This document shows, piece after piece, positions 36,422-44,945 of a stretch of DNA of 64,000 bases. Source of the DNA: a virus. Where the stretch lies: positions 64,001 through 128,000 of IMG/VR virus record IMGVR_UViG_3300010885_072825; one strand, given 5' to 3'. Within the stretch, counting starts at the first letter, position 1, and each line of letters opens with the position of its first letter. The notes below the pieces were generated by a model that saw only the letters and a program-made list of their open reading frames with translations, was not told the origin of the DNA and did no database searches. A program made the position numbers and the translations under genes.

Positions 36422-37603
36422 TTATAGTCCAAGAATTTTAGAAATCACATCAAAATGGTCTTCAAAAAAGGGTTCGCTTGTGATTTCACTAAATGGCAAC
36501 CAAAAAGCAGCATCAGCATCATCAGCGCCTTCAACTTCCGGAAAATTATTAGCAAGCGGACCACGCACATCCGGAAGGTATGTTTGGTCATTGAGTTTAA
36601 AGTGAAACACCTTGCTGTATACTCGACCACGATCAGATCTGTGTGGATGGTCTGCGTCAAATGTGGTTGCAATAGATCCTCGCAATACCGGTTCAGGTAC
36701 CTTGAGTCGAGTTTCTTCACGTAATTCTCGAAGAGCAGCCGACAGCAGAGTTTCATCTGGGTTCACATGCCCACCCGGCATTGCCAACAGACTGTTACCA
36801 ATTTCACCAGCACGACGAATTACCAACACATGTCCTGATTGAGTTACCAGCGCGTCTGCACAGATTTCCTGAACAGGATATTCTGCGTGTCTCTGTCTGC
36901 GTTGTTTGTATTCAACGCTGGATGTAATGTATCTTTGAATCTGATCATATTCATTGTGATCTTCAAATTCCTGCAAAGATTTTAGCACAGCAGGATCCAC
37001 TCGGTTCTTCAAATAAGACCATTTGCTGTCATTAAGCAACACATTGGTGTCTACACCAAAGTAAGCATTTCGAATATCAGTTGCATTCAGAGGATTGAGA
37101 AAACGCACATTCACGTTGCCACATTGTGGGAACAGTTTGAGATAATAGCTGGAGCTGTCTTTGCTGCAACCAATCAAACCGATCTTTCGATTGCGACTGA
37201 CATTACCAAACTTGGTTTCCATAACTTCCTTGACAATGTTTTGTACTTGTGCAAGCCAAAGCTCGTCTCGATAAGTAAAATCTTCGAGTGGTTGAATCAG
37301 CAACTTGCTGTTCGGAACATGTGTAAAGCTATTGCGAATCATGTCTCGACGTTCTGTCCAAGACCAAGGATTGCGTGGATGTCTGGGTCTGTATGCTGAA
37401 CCAATCAAAACCAAAACTTTTTTGGATTTTTTCAGTGCAATATCAATTACTCGCTTGTGTCCAAGATGGAATGGTTGCATACGACCAATAAACACAAGAA
37501 GATCATATTCTTCGTCGTGTAGATTGCCTTCGTAAAGGTCTTCAATTTCAATTATGGGGTTATAGATATCGTCCGAATAGGACGGGGTGTTTTGTGTTTT
37601 CAT
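36422..37603 (-). CDS. nadM: Bifunctional NMN adenylyltransferase / NUDIX hydrolase (NadM-NUDIX)
   Basis: [35 protein letters not shown] box PGGHV...[20 protein letters not shown]. Confidence 0.93.
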   Translation of the reverse strand: MKTQNTPSYSDDIYNPIIEIEDLYEGNLHDEEYDLLVFIGRMQPFHLGHKRVIDIALKKSKKVLVLIGSAYRPRHPRNPWSWTERRDMIRNSFTHVPNSKLLIQPLEDFTYRDELWLAQVQNIVKEVMETKFGNVSRNRKIGLIGCSKDSSSYYLKLFPQCGNVNVRFLNPLNATDIRNAYFGVDTNVLLNDSKWSYLKNRVDPAVLKSLQEFEDHNEYDQIQRYITSSVEYKQRRQRHAEYPVQEICADALVTQSGHVLVIRRAGEIGNSLLAMPGGHVNPDETLLSAALRELREETRLKVPEPVLRGSIATTFDADHPHRSDRGRVYSKVFHFKLNDQTYLPDVRGPLANNFPEVEGADDADAAFWLPFSEITSEPFFEDHFDVISKILGL

Positions 37604-37663
37604 CGTCGAGACTCCCTCGTTACCTTCTATTTATGCTCAATTGCCGATTGTTTGTCAACTAAT

Positions 37664-38029
37664 CTAAAGATTATTTTGATTTTCTTTTTGCATCCAAAGC
37701 GTCTCAAATATTTTCAATGATCTAACTTCCAAAGAATTCATTGCAATTCGCCGCCCCTGTTCAATACCAACTTGAATAGCCGCTGCAATAATTACTTCAA
37801 GTGCGTCCCGCCCCTGTTCTTCTAAATCATATGCTAGTGATGTTTGAGTGAATTTTGTTTTAATACCATGTGACACATGTAGACTACCGTGTTCATATCC
37901 ATCATATATGATGTCTTTATCTATATTCTTTCGTTTGAGATCATATGCAAATCTAATAGATTTGATAAAAGGTTTTACCAATTCTTCAAAATCAACCGGT
38001 TGATTATCGGCAGGCCAAGTTTTTGTCAT
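37664..38029 (-). CDS. Hypothetical protein
   Basis: 121 aa; AIQVGIEQGRR. Confidence 0.55.
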   Translation of the reverse strand: MTKTWPADNQPVDFEELVKPFIKSIRFAYDLKRKNIDKDIIYDGYEHGSLHVSHGIKTKFTQTSLAYDLEEQGRDALEVIIAAAIQVGIEQGRRIAMNSLEVRSLKIFETLWMQKENQNNL

Positions 38030-38053
38030 TTGTATAACTCGTGTGTTTGAAAT

Positions 38054-39475
38054 TCAATTTTCATCATAAACTTTTGCAAGTTCTTTCATTTTAGTGGGAT
38101 TACGAAGCTTTGTCAATGCCTTGCTTTCAATCTGTCGAACTCGTTCTCGAGTCACATTAAACTCACGACCAATTTCTTCTAATGTGTATTCATTCTTTGC
38201 ACCAATTCCGAACCGCATTCGAATCACACGTTCTTCCTTGCTATTCAAACTGTTGAGTACTCTGCCAACCGCTCGGCTTTTGTCAACTGCATTCAGATTC
38301 TCAATTACGTTTACGCTGGATTCATCTGAAATCAGTTCACCAATTGTATTTTCAGAATCTTGACTTGCGGGACGATCCAAACTGGTTGGTTCAATAGCTG
38401 CTCGCTGTGCTTGTATAATTTTCTCCACTGATAGATTGATTAGTGGTGACAGCTCTTCCGCAGATGGTTCTCGACCAGTCTTATAAACCCAGTCACGAGT
38501 TGCCAATTTAATTTTTTTAATATTATCTAGAATGTGTCCAGGAATTCTGATGGTCTTGGTTTGTTCACCCAGTGCTTTCATAATGCCCTGTCGGATCCAC
38601 CAGGTTGCGTATGTGGAAAAACGATAACCCAATTGCCACTTATATCTTTCAACAGCTTTGATGAGTCCAATATTACCTTCTTGAATTAGATCAAGCAGAA
38701 TCTGTTGATTATTGTGACTGTATTTCTTAGCAACACTGACCACTAGACGCAAGTTACTGACCACCATCTTTTGAATGGCCGCATCCTTCAAACTGTTCTG
38801 CGTCTTAAGTGTTCTGACAATTGACCGAAGTTCTTCACTGGTTAAACCGGTTTGATTGACCAGGGTTTCAATTTCAGCAACTATACCAGCAATTGATTCA
38901 GACTGTTCTGTTTGGAATTTTTGCCAGGACAGTGGCAATTGCTTGCTACCAATTTGAGTTTCTGAACCAATGTATTCTTGAATAAAATCAGTTCTAGTGA
39001 TTCCGGATTTTTGAGCCAGTCGAAGCATCGCACCATCACAGGCCGTGATTTTTTGATTCAATCGAGTAATTTGATCAATTAGAGTTGCAATACTAGCTGA
39101 ATTAATTGGCAGATCATTAAATTTCTGTACCAGTTCAGCCTTCTTAATCGTATCTAAAAGATATTCTTTTGCCAGAGATTTTACAATTGCTAGATTTTCC
39201 GGAGTGATATTTGCATCTTCCAGTTCTAGATCAAACACATCAGTTGGTAAAACAGTTTGTTTTTCAATACCATCAATCCAACCAATTATGGTATTAACTG
39301 TGAGTGGGATTGCAAAAAGGGTATCGATAATGATACGCTTACTGTTTTCAATTTGTTGGCTGATTTCAATCTCTTGCTTGTGATTGATCAGCGGCGCCTT
39401 CTTCACATCATTAAGATAAAGTTTAATCGGGTCTTGATACCCCGTTGGGTCTTTTTCTTTGGTCACTGTCTTCAC
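38054..39475 (-). CDS. rpoD: RpoD-like primary sigma factor lacking region 1.1
   Basis: Region 1.2 DPIKLYL, non-essential region, region 2 NLRLVVSVAKKY/DLIQEGNIGLIKAV/FSTYATWWIRQ, region 4 TLEEIG..FNVTRERVRQIE. Confidence 0.93.
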   Translation of the reverse strand: MKTVTKEKDPTGYQDPIKLYLNDVKKAPLINHKQEIEISQQIENSKRIIIDTLFAIPLTVNTIIGWIDGIEKQTVLPTDVFDLELEDANITPENLAIVKSLAKEYLLDTIKKAELVQKFNDLPINSASIATLIDQITRLNQKITACDGAMLRLAQKSGITRTDFIQEYIGSETQIGSKQLPLSWQKFQTEQSESIAGIVAEIETLVNQTGLTSEELRSIVRTLKTQNSLKDAAIQKMVVSNLRLVVSVAKKYSHNNQQILLDLIQEGNIGLIKAVERYKWQLGYRFSTYATWWIRQGIMKALGEQTKTIRIPGHILDNIKKIKLATRDWVYKTGREPSAEELSPLINLSVEKIIQAQRAAIEPTSLDRPASQDSENTIGELISDESSVNVIENLNAVDKSRAVGRVLNSLNSKEERVIRMRFGIGAKNEYTLEEIGREFNVTRERVRQIESKALTKLRNPTKMKELAKVYDEN

Positions 39476-39911
39476 TGAACTGAACTCCTACTCTGGCTAG
39501 CTCAGATAGATAAGTGAAGTAAAGTCGTTTGTCAACACCTCCCGCGGGAGGTGTTTTTGGCAATGTCAAAATCTTATAAAGCTTGTCACCGGTGATACCA
39601 TCATAATAAGCGATGATAGATTTCTGTTGCTGAATATAACGTTTGATATCGGCCATGTTGACCATCAAAGTTTTAAAATCATCAACTGACAAAACCACAA
39701 AAGTTGGATTATCAGTGCTTTGGACAGTTTTAGCTTGATCTATAAAAGTAGTCATGTTAGCTGCTGTCACAACTTGCCAGTTCACGTCTGTCAATTGAAT
39801 TGGTTCAGGAGGCGGTGGATGATTAATTACCACAGGTACAGGTTCAGTTGTTACCTTCAATGGGGTGGCACAAGAACTTAATAACAAGCATAATAGGATA
39901 ATTTTTTTCAT
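39423..39911 (-). CDS. Outer-membrane spanin-like lipoprotein
   Basis: Lipobox LLSSC, Pro-rich segment, NMADIKRYIQQQK..I.YY; ATGA overlap with the i-spanin. Confidence 0.75.
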   Translation of the reverse strand: MKKIILLCLLLSSCATPLKVTTEPVPVVINHPPPPEPIQLTDVNWQVVTAANMTTFIDQAKTVQSTDNPTFVVLSVDDFKTLMVNMADIKRYIQQQKSIIAYYDGITGDKLYKILTLPKTPPAGGVDKRLYFTYLSELARVGVQFSEDSDQRKRPNGVSRPD

Positions 39912-40336
39912 TGTTTGGCCGACACGGTTCTTAAATCATTAAAAGCGGAAATTGAAGCCGCGTTTGCTAGATCACTTGCTGCTTTATTGTCTGTTTTAGA
40001 AACAGAATTAATAGGCAGTTTGTTGATTTTGGTAGTTGTGGTTTTTACTTCAGCTTCAGCCAATTGCTGTTGGTTTTGTAAATCAGTTAACATGCTAGCT
40101 TGTTGAGCTGCTTGCTGTTGTAATGCTGTTATGGTCTTAGTTTGCAAATCGAAACCGGTTTGTAGTTTGGTCTGGTTTTGATTTAGAACTGCTAGGTTAT
40201 GATCTGTTATTTTATAGTAAATGAAACCAGCAACACCCATTCCCAACAATAAGGTAGATAATACCACAATTATTGTATTTTGCGCATTACTAAAAAAAGA
40301 AGTTAAAAATGCCATGTGAGCCTGTTTTTGAATCAA
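39908..40336 (-). CDS. Inner-membrane spanin-like protein
   Basis: N-terminal TM helix plus Gln-rich coiled coil; late promoter at 40340-40347. Confidence 0.72.
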   Translation of the reverse strand: MIQKQAHMAFLTSFFSNAQNTIIVVLSTLLLGMGVAGFIYYKITDHNLAVLNQNQTKLQTGFDLQTKTITALQQQAAQQASMLTDLQNQQQLAEAEVKTTTTKINKLPINSVSKTDNKAASDLANAASISAFNDLRTVSAKQ

Positions 40337-40355
40337 TTATATTTATGATCAAAAA

Positions 40356-40601
40356 TCAATTCAATTTTTTTATTTCACGATCATAGATATGATTATAAAG
40401 TTCATTGACTTCCAACATTCTAAAATAAGTCTCGGTTGGTAACCCTATTTTCATTTCCAAAAATGATTCCCGGGAAATTTCAGTCACAAGAAATTCACTC
40501 CCACAACTACCATCAACTTCAACAATTGCACCATGGCTTATTCCATTATCGGTAAGATGATCTGAAATCAATTCTTCATCGACATAGATTACTCGAACCA
40601 T
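40356..40601 (-). CDS. Hypothetical protein
   Basis: 81 aa, abutting the upstream gene. Confidence 0.5.
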   Translation of the reverse strand: MVRVIYVDEELISDHLTDNGISHGAIVEVDGSCGSEFLVTEISRESFLEMKIGLPTETYFRMLEVNELYNHIYDREIKKLN

Positions 40602-40880
40602 TTAAATAGTGTCTTTTTTCAAGGAATCTTTAATAGTCGCGCTTTTTATATGCGCCGTGTTATCTTCATCAATTGTCAAAACTGCTTTTTTAAATTTAAT
40701 AGACCCTTTGGTATGTGAATTATTTGGTGATTCTTTGGTAGACCAACTCATATTTGATTCTATGTGATTGACATAAAATGTTCGTCCAGCCGTTTTTGCT
40801 ACCCAGGGCGGAACTGTTTGATCTTCCAAATGTTTCTTATTGAAATGAATCACTAGATCTCGGCAATATATCTTTTCCAT
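40602..40880 (-). CDS. Small hypothetical phage protein
   Basis: HFNKKHLED...PWV.K..G.TFYVNH...WSTKE.P...HTKGSIK; SD AAGGAG; TATAAATA at 40989-40996. Confidence 0.65.
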   Translation of the reverse strand: MEKIYCRDLVIHFNKKHLEDQTVPPWVAKTAGRTFYVNHIESNMSWSTKESPNNSHTKGSIKFKKAVLTIDEDNTAHIKSATIKDSLKKDTI

Positions 40881-41111
40881 ATTTCTCTCCTTAATTGGTT
40901 GATTGGTCAGACAGAAGGAATCTCAGTCTGAAAACAAACTGAGATTCCAAATTTCTATTTTTTTGAAAGATTATCTAACGCATGTTTATATTTATAGTTG
41001 ATTTTTTATTCGAAATCAAATCAATCTGCTCGACTATGTGATTCTGCTCGGATACCATGCTGAATAAGAACTGCCACATAAGCGTAGGTAGCAAGTTCCT
41101 TGAGTGTCATA

Positions 41112-41210
41112 GTACCTCAAATCATATAATATCTTAAACTAGTTTAAGATATCACTACTATTATGATTGAGTCTTTGTTTTTTTCCAAGAGAACTATTTG
41201 TGCCCTTGTG
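41112..41210 (-). ncRNA. Candidate omegaRNA scaffold overlapping the tnpB 3' end
   Basis: CAAGGGCAC..GTTCTCTTG hairpin, then long stem CTCAATCATA...ATATCTTAAAC-TA-GTTTAAGATAT...TATGATTTGAG ending just before the junction. Confidence 0.5.
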
Positions 41211-42344
41211 TGTTTTCTTAGCTAGAGCGCCCAGACCTCTAGCCAAGATATTACGTGCGGCATTAGTATCTGCGTCGCTGTCGTAACCACAATGTACACA
41301 CACGAAATATTCGCCCCTGCGACTATCTGCATGTACATGCCCACATTCGCTACACATCTGAGATGTATAGGCAGGATTTATCCGAAATACATGAACGTCA
41401 TGTTCAGCAGCTAACTCCTCAATCCGGTTGTTGATATAACTTAAACACCATGCATGGTTTTTATATCCCCAACTTTTACCTGTTTTCATACCAGTTAAAT
41501 TTTCGGTAATCAAATAGTCTATTGCATCAAAATTAATGTCGCGTTTCAATGAATAATTAATTTCATTACGTAAAAAATTTCTAGCTCGTTTTTGTGCTTT
41601 ACTACCATGTTTCTTTGAAGCAACAATATCCATGATTTGATCAATTGGCAATCCCCTTTTGTGTGTGGTTTCCATATGCCCATCATCTCTAGCAATTAAC
41701 TTTTTACGACCAATATCAATTGCTTGAATCTTAGTTATGTCATTGCTCAAATTGACTGTTTTGTGAAAATAAAATCCCAATGACCCGTCATTATTCACTC
41801 GTAACGAATTGGTCTTTAAAACAAATCCCCTGTCAATTAATTTTTTCATATGACGCGTTAACACAAGCGGAATATAAAAATTACCCCGCATGAAGGAAGA
41901 TATTTTAATCCAATACTCACAAATCTTAGTATCTTTTGATTTTTCTATTGAAATAAATCTTGAATCCAGTTCAATATTAACTGAGTTAATATCAACTTGC
42001 AATAGACCCGAATTATATTTTGTCAATATCTCTCGTTGATATTTTTTTAAATTCTCAGAATTCCTAGCTAATTTGACTTTAACTGTAATAGATCTAGCTA
42101 TTGCTACTGCTTGTTTGGCTAAAACTTGACTCATCCGAGCAGGAAATGGCAATGCTGCAACTATTTCTTTGGGAAGAAAGTTTGGTATTTGATCAAAATC
42201 ATATATCAACTTGTTGACTAATTTATGTAATTCAAATTTATATAAGTCGAAAGGAGTATTCAAACGTGTTTGTTTCCCTGTATTCGCCAATACGGGATTA
42301 TAATTACTAATGCGGATATTGTTTTTATTGGGTTTCTTCGCCAT
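41139..42344 (-). CDS. tnpB: TnpB RNA-guided endonuclease
   Basis: RuvC-I AIDIG, RuvC-II ITENL, PAYTSQMCSECG...CVHCG zinc finger, RuvC-III DADTNAARNI; late promoter TATAAATA at 42431-42438. Confidence 0.92.
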   Translation of the reverse strand: MAKKPNKNNIRISNYNPVLANTGKQTRLNTPFDLYKFELHKLVNKLIYDFDQIPNFLPKEIVAALPFPARMSQVLAKQAVAIARSITVKVKLARNSENLKKYQREILTKYNSGLLQVDINSVNIELDSRFISIEKSKDTKICEYWIKISSFMRGNFYIPLVLTRHMKKLIDRGFVLKTNSLRVNNDGSLGFYFHKTVNLSNDITKIQAIDIGRKKLIARDDGHMETTHKRGLPIDQIMDIVASKKHGSKAQKRARNFLRNEINYSLKRDINFDAIDYLITENLTGMKTGKSWGYKNHAWCLSYINNRIEELAAEHDVHVFRINPAYTSQMCSECGHVHADSRRGEYFVCVHCGYDSDADTNAARNILARGLGALAKKTHKGTNSSLGKKQRLNHNSSDILN

Positions 42345-42820
42345 TAGTCAATTCCAAAATTAGTTTTTCTTATACAACCAATTACAAAAAGATGTTTATA
42401 ATTCATCAAAAACTTTATGTTTCCTACTTGTATTTATACTAGAAATATAGTATTGTTTGCAATATGAATGAAAATAAATAATACTTTGTGTCATTGATCC
42501 ACCTGGATTCCAAACTCGGACGCCGCCTTGATAACTGTCTTTGCGAGCAATTCCAGCTGCCACCAATTCCTTGGCAAACTTGGAATTCGCCGGGCGAATA
42601 ATTGCCCAGGCAAAACCACAATAAAATGGTTCAGGATTCTTGGCGAGATAGTCGGCTTATGCCTTTTGTGCAGCAGTCCAAGCCATATTGTGAATTTCAA
42701 TTGCAGTAGGCATCTTGTTGCTCCAACAAATTATTCCTTATCATATAATTCAAAAACCTGTTTGTCAACAGTTGATTTATTTCTCAATCCAATAAATAAT
42801 TGGGAAAATAGAGATCACCC

Positions 42821-43384
42821 ATGTCAACCACACTTCTTATGAACGCTGACTTTTCTCCACTCAGCATAATTCCACTCAGCACAGTATCTTGGAGAGAAGG
42901 CATCAAAATAAGCTTTCTTGATCATGCCAAGACACTTGAGTACTATGACGATTGGTTCGTGCATAGCCCAAGTCGAACCATGCAAGTTCCCAGTGTGATG
43001 ATCAGCCGGACTTTCATCAAGAAGAAGAATTTCATCAGATTCACTCGCCAAAATCTTTTGATACGAGATAATTTCTCTTGCCAGTATTGTGGCACGATTT
43101 TGAACAACAATACACTAACTGTAGATCACGTTATTCCTCGTGTCCGAGGAGGTAAAACTCGCTGGGATAATATTGTCTGTGCATGTAAAAAATGTAACTC
43201 TGAAAAGGGACACAAATCAGTGATGAAACCCATGCAGGCTCCATTCAAACCCAGCTATTATGATTTAGTGGGGAATGCACAGAAGTTACCAATCGTGGTT
43301 CCTGATGCCAAATGGATCCCCTATTTGAATTGGGATCCTGAAATAATCACGGTTAGACCACCAAACAAAAATAATTTCAATTAA
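42821..43384 (+). CDS. HNH endonuclease (McrA-like)
   Basis: RDNFSCQYCG, TVDHVIPR.RGG, WDNIVCACKKCNSEKG; late promoter at 42791-42798. Confidence 0.88.
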   Translation: MSTTLLMNADFSPLSIIPLSTVSWREGIKISFLDHAKTLEYYDDWFVHSPSRTMQVPSVMISRTFIKKKNFIRFTRQNLLIRDNFSCQYCGTILNNNTLTVDHVIPRVRGGKTRWDNIVCACKKCNSEKGHKSVMKPMQAPFKPSYYDLVGNAQKLPIVVPDAKWIPYLNWDPEIITVRPPNKNNFN

Positions 43385-43440
43385 ATTATTGACTTGGTCT
43401 AGATCAGTCATAAATAATTTGACTTATTTAAGGAGACTTT

Positions 43441-43641
43441 ATGACTGAACAAAACAATACTGATCACTTGATTACACTTGTTGATCTAAAGAATATCATG
43501 ACTATAATTGATCTCGCTAGTACTCGAGGTGCATTCAAAGCTCTTGAACTTCAGCCCGTTGGTGAATTGTATAATAAAATAGACCGTTTTATACAAATCG
43601 CTAATTCTGCCAGTGAATCAAAATCTGAAACCACAACCTAA
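43441..43641 (+). CDS. Small hypothetical phage protein
   Basis: IIDLASTRGAFKALEL..VG.LY; SD AAGGAG; CATAAATA at 43409-43416. Confidence 0.65.
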   Translation: MTEQNNTDHLITLVDLKNIMTIIDLASTRGAFKALELQPVGELYNKIDRFIQIANSASESKSETTT

Positions 43642-43650
43642 AAGGAACTC

Positions 43651-44412
43651 ATGACAATTACCACTTTACATGGAATGACCAAACACGTTGGGGTCATTAA
43701 TAATACTGGAAAAAACGTGGCCGTAATTTATATGCAACTCCCTGATGATCCAGGGCATGCACTGGTTCTTGATACGGATGCACTACCCGATGAATTCAAC
43801 GATGTACTTCGTCGAATTATTGATAGCCAAGATGGTCAGGATTCAAAAAATCTTGGAGATGTGTTGGGACGTAAAATGTCGCCTGATGGCAGCAATCTAA
43901 CACTGCTACAAAAATTTCATGCAGCTGGTCGACTGGAACGCAAACCAATTGAACAAATTACTATGACTCCGCGCCGTGGTGTTAATTGGCCACTAAAAGA
44001 TATTTTAGATGCCATGGCTCAACCTGAAGCAGAAATCATTCCTGGATTTAATGATTTGGATCCAGAAACCCGAGCTGAAATTGCCGCTAATCTTGGTAAG
44101 TTCAACATGCATGAAGTAAATCATGAAGCTGAATCAACAAGCTTAAATGCAAGTCAAGCCGCTGAACTTTTGGAAATGGCAAAGATGTTGGAAGCTGATG
44201 CTCATAACAAAAGAATTCAAGCATACCGCATGGATCCTTCACTGAAGCCTGCTGAAAAGAAAGCTATTGCTGAAAAGAAGGCAATCGAAGCAGAAGCACC
44301 AGCACCACAAAAAATGGTACGTATTGCCAAGACAACTAAAACCAAATCAACTGAACTTCATGCCTCAGCTGATCCCAAGCCACGTGCTAACACGGTTCGC
44401 AAAACCAAATAA
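43651..44412 (+). CDS. Hypothetical phage protein
   Basis: 253 aa, SD AAGGA, basic C-terminal tail. Confidence 0.65.
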   Translation: MTITTLHGMTKHVGVINNTGKNVAVIYMQLPDDPGHALVLDTDALPDEFNDVLRRIIDSQDGQDSKNLGDVLGRKMSPDGSNLTLLQKFHAAGRLERKPIEQITMTPRRGVNWPLKDILDAMAQPEAEIIPGFNDLDPETRAEIAANLGKFNMHEVNHEAESTSLNASQAAELLEMAKMLEADAHNKRIQAYRMDPSLKPAEKKAIAEKKAIEAEAPAPQKMVRIAKTTKTKSTELHASADPKPRANTVRKTK

Positions 44413-44426
44413 ACTTCATTTAATTA

Positions 44427-44457
44427 AATGACCAATGATTCTTCATTGGTCATTTTT
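44427..44457. terminator. Bidirectional intrinsic terminator
   Basis: AAATGACCAATGA-TTCT-TCATTGGTCATTTTT between convergent genes. Confidence 0.8.
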
Positions 44458-44461
44458 ATGA

Positions 44462-44935
44462 TTAATTGTCAAACTCGGATTCATCAGGTAATTCAATTGG
44501 TTGAATATAGAATCGACCAAAATGTTCATCTGCAATGTCACCAATTATTTCATAATTTATTTTTTTCAATTTAGGAGCAAGATATTGTGCTAGTGAATCA
44601 TAGATGCCAATATGATTACCATCAGCATTAATTTGTATTTGCTTGGGTTTGACTTTGATGATAAAAGAATAAATTCCAGAAACAATTTTTGAAAAAACAG
44701 TGAATGCTTTTCTTCCGGCTAATGAATTGATACTGGTATCTCGAATCGATCTACCCTGATACATTCTATCTGCCCAAAATGCAAAAAACCAAATCGATTG
44801 ACTTGGCCTTGCTCTGTCTTTTTGAAATGCTGCTTGATAAGTGATATTGTCTAATTCGAAAGAAAAGTGATAACGATCTTCAGAATGTTTCACCAATTCA
44901 ATGGCATTGATTTCAAATAATTCATATAGTTTCAT
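44462..44935 (-). CDS. Late hypothetical protein with MKLYELFE propeptide-like start
   Basis: GATAAATA (44940-44947), 4 nt, then ATG, within a TCTGAT/ATCAGA hairpin. Confidence 0.65.
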   Translation of the reverse strand: MKLYELFEINAIELVKHSEDRYHFSFELDNITYQAAFQKDRARPSQSIWFFAFWADRMYQGRSIRDTSINSLAGRKAFTVFSKIVSGIYSFIIKVKPKQIQINADGNHIGIYDSLAQYLAPKLKKINYEIIGDIADEHFGRFYIQPIELPDESEFDN

Positions 44936-44945
44936 CTGATATTTA

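Larger units (their letters stand above)
41112..42480 (-). mobile_element. Non-autonomous TnpB-only element (IS607/IS200-605-like) flanked by a TAT direct repeat
   Basis: Junctions CAAAG[TAT]TATTTA (42483-42481) and GGTAC[TAT]GACACTC (41111-41109); no tnpA in the element. Confidence 0.75.
41021..42713 (-). pseudogene. ~106-codon gene split by the TnpB element and carrying an in-frame TAA
   Basis: 5' part 42713-42483 (SD GGAG, TTGACA-17-TATGAT promoter): MPTAIEIHNMAWTAAQKA*ADYLAKNPEPFYCGFAWAIIRPANSKFAKELVAAGIARKDSYQGGVRVWNPGGSMTQS. 3' part 41110-41021: MTLKELATYAYVAVLIQHGIRAESHSRAD. The halves join in frame. Confidence 0.8.

Noticed and set aside
41112-42480. Group I intron or IStron that splices out and restores the host gene
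   Set aside because: Non-coding parts are only ~135 nt and ~27 nt, the frame-restoring junction does not end in G, and the 5' half has a nonsense codon
42657-42659. Stop-codon reassignment suggested by an in-frame TAA
   Set aside because: Conserved genes are full length in the standard code and TAA, TAG and TGA all end genes; this is a single lesion in a disrupted gene
40880-42820. Cas12f/CRISPR system around the RuvC gene
   Set aside because: No repeat-spacer array seen in either flank; the flanks are explained by a split gene
42439-42842. ORF-track calls 42439-42621, 42491-42700 and 42528-42842
   Set aside because: Off-frame or antisense shadows of the pseudogene starting at ATG 42713, which has the SD and promoter
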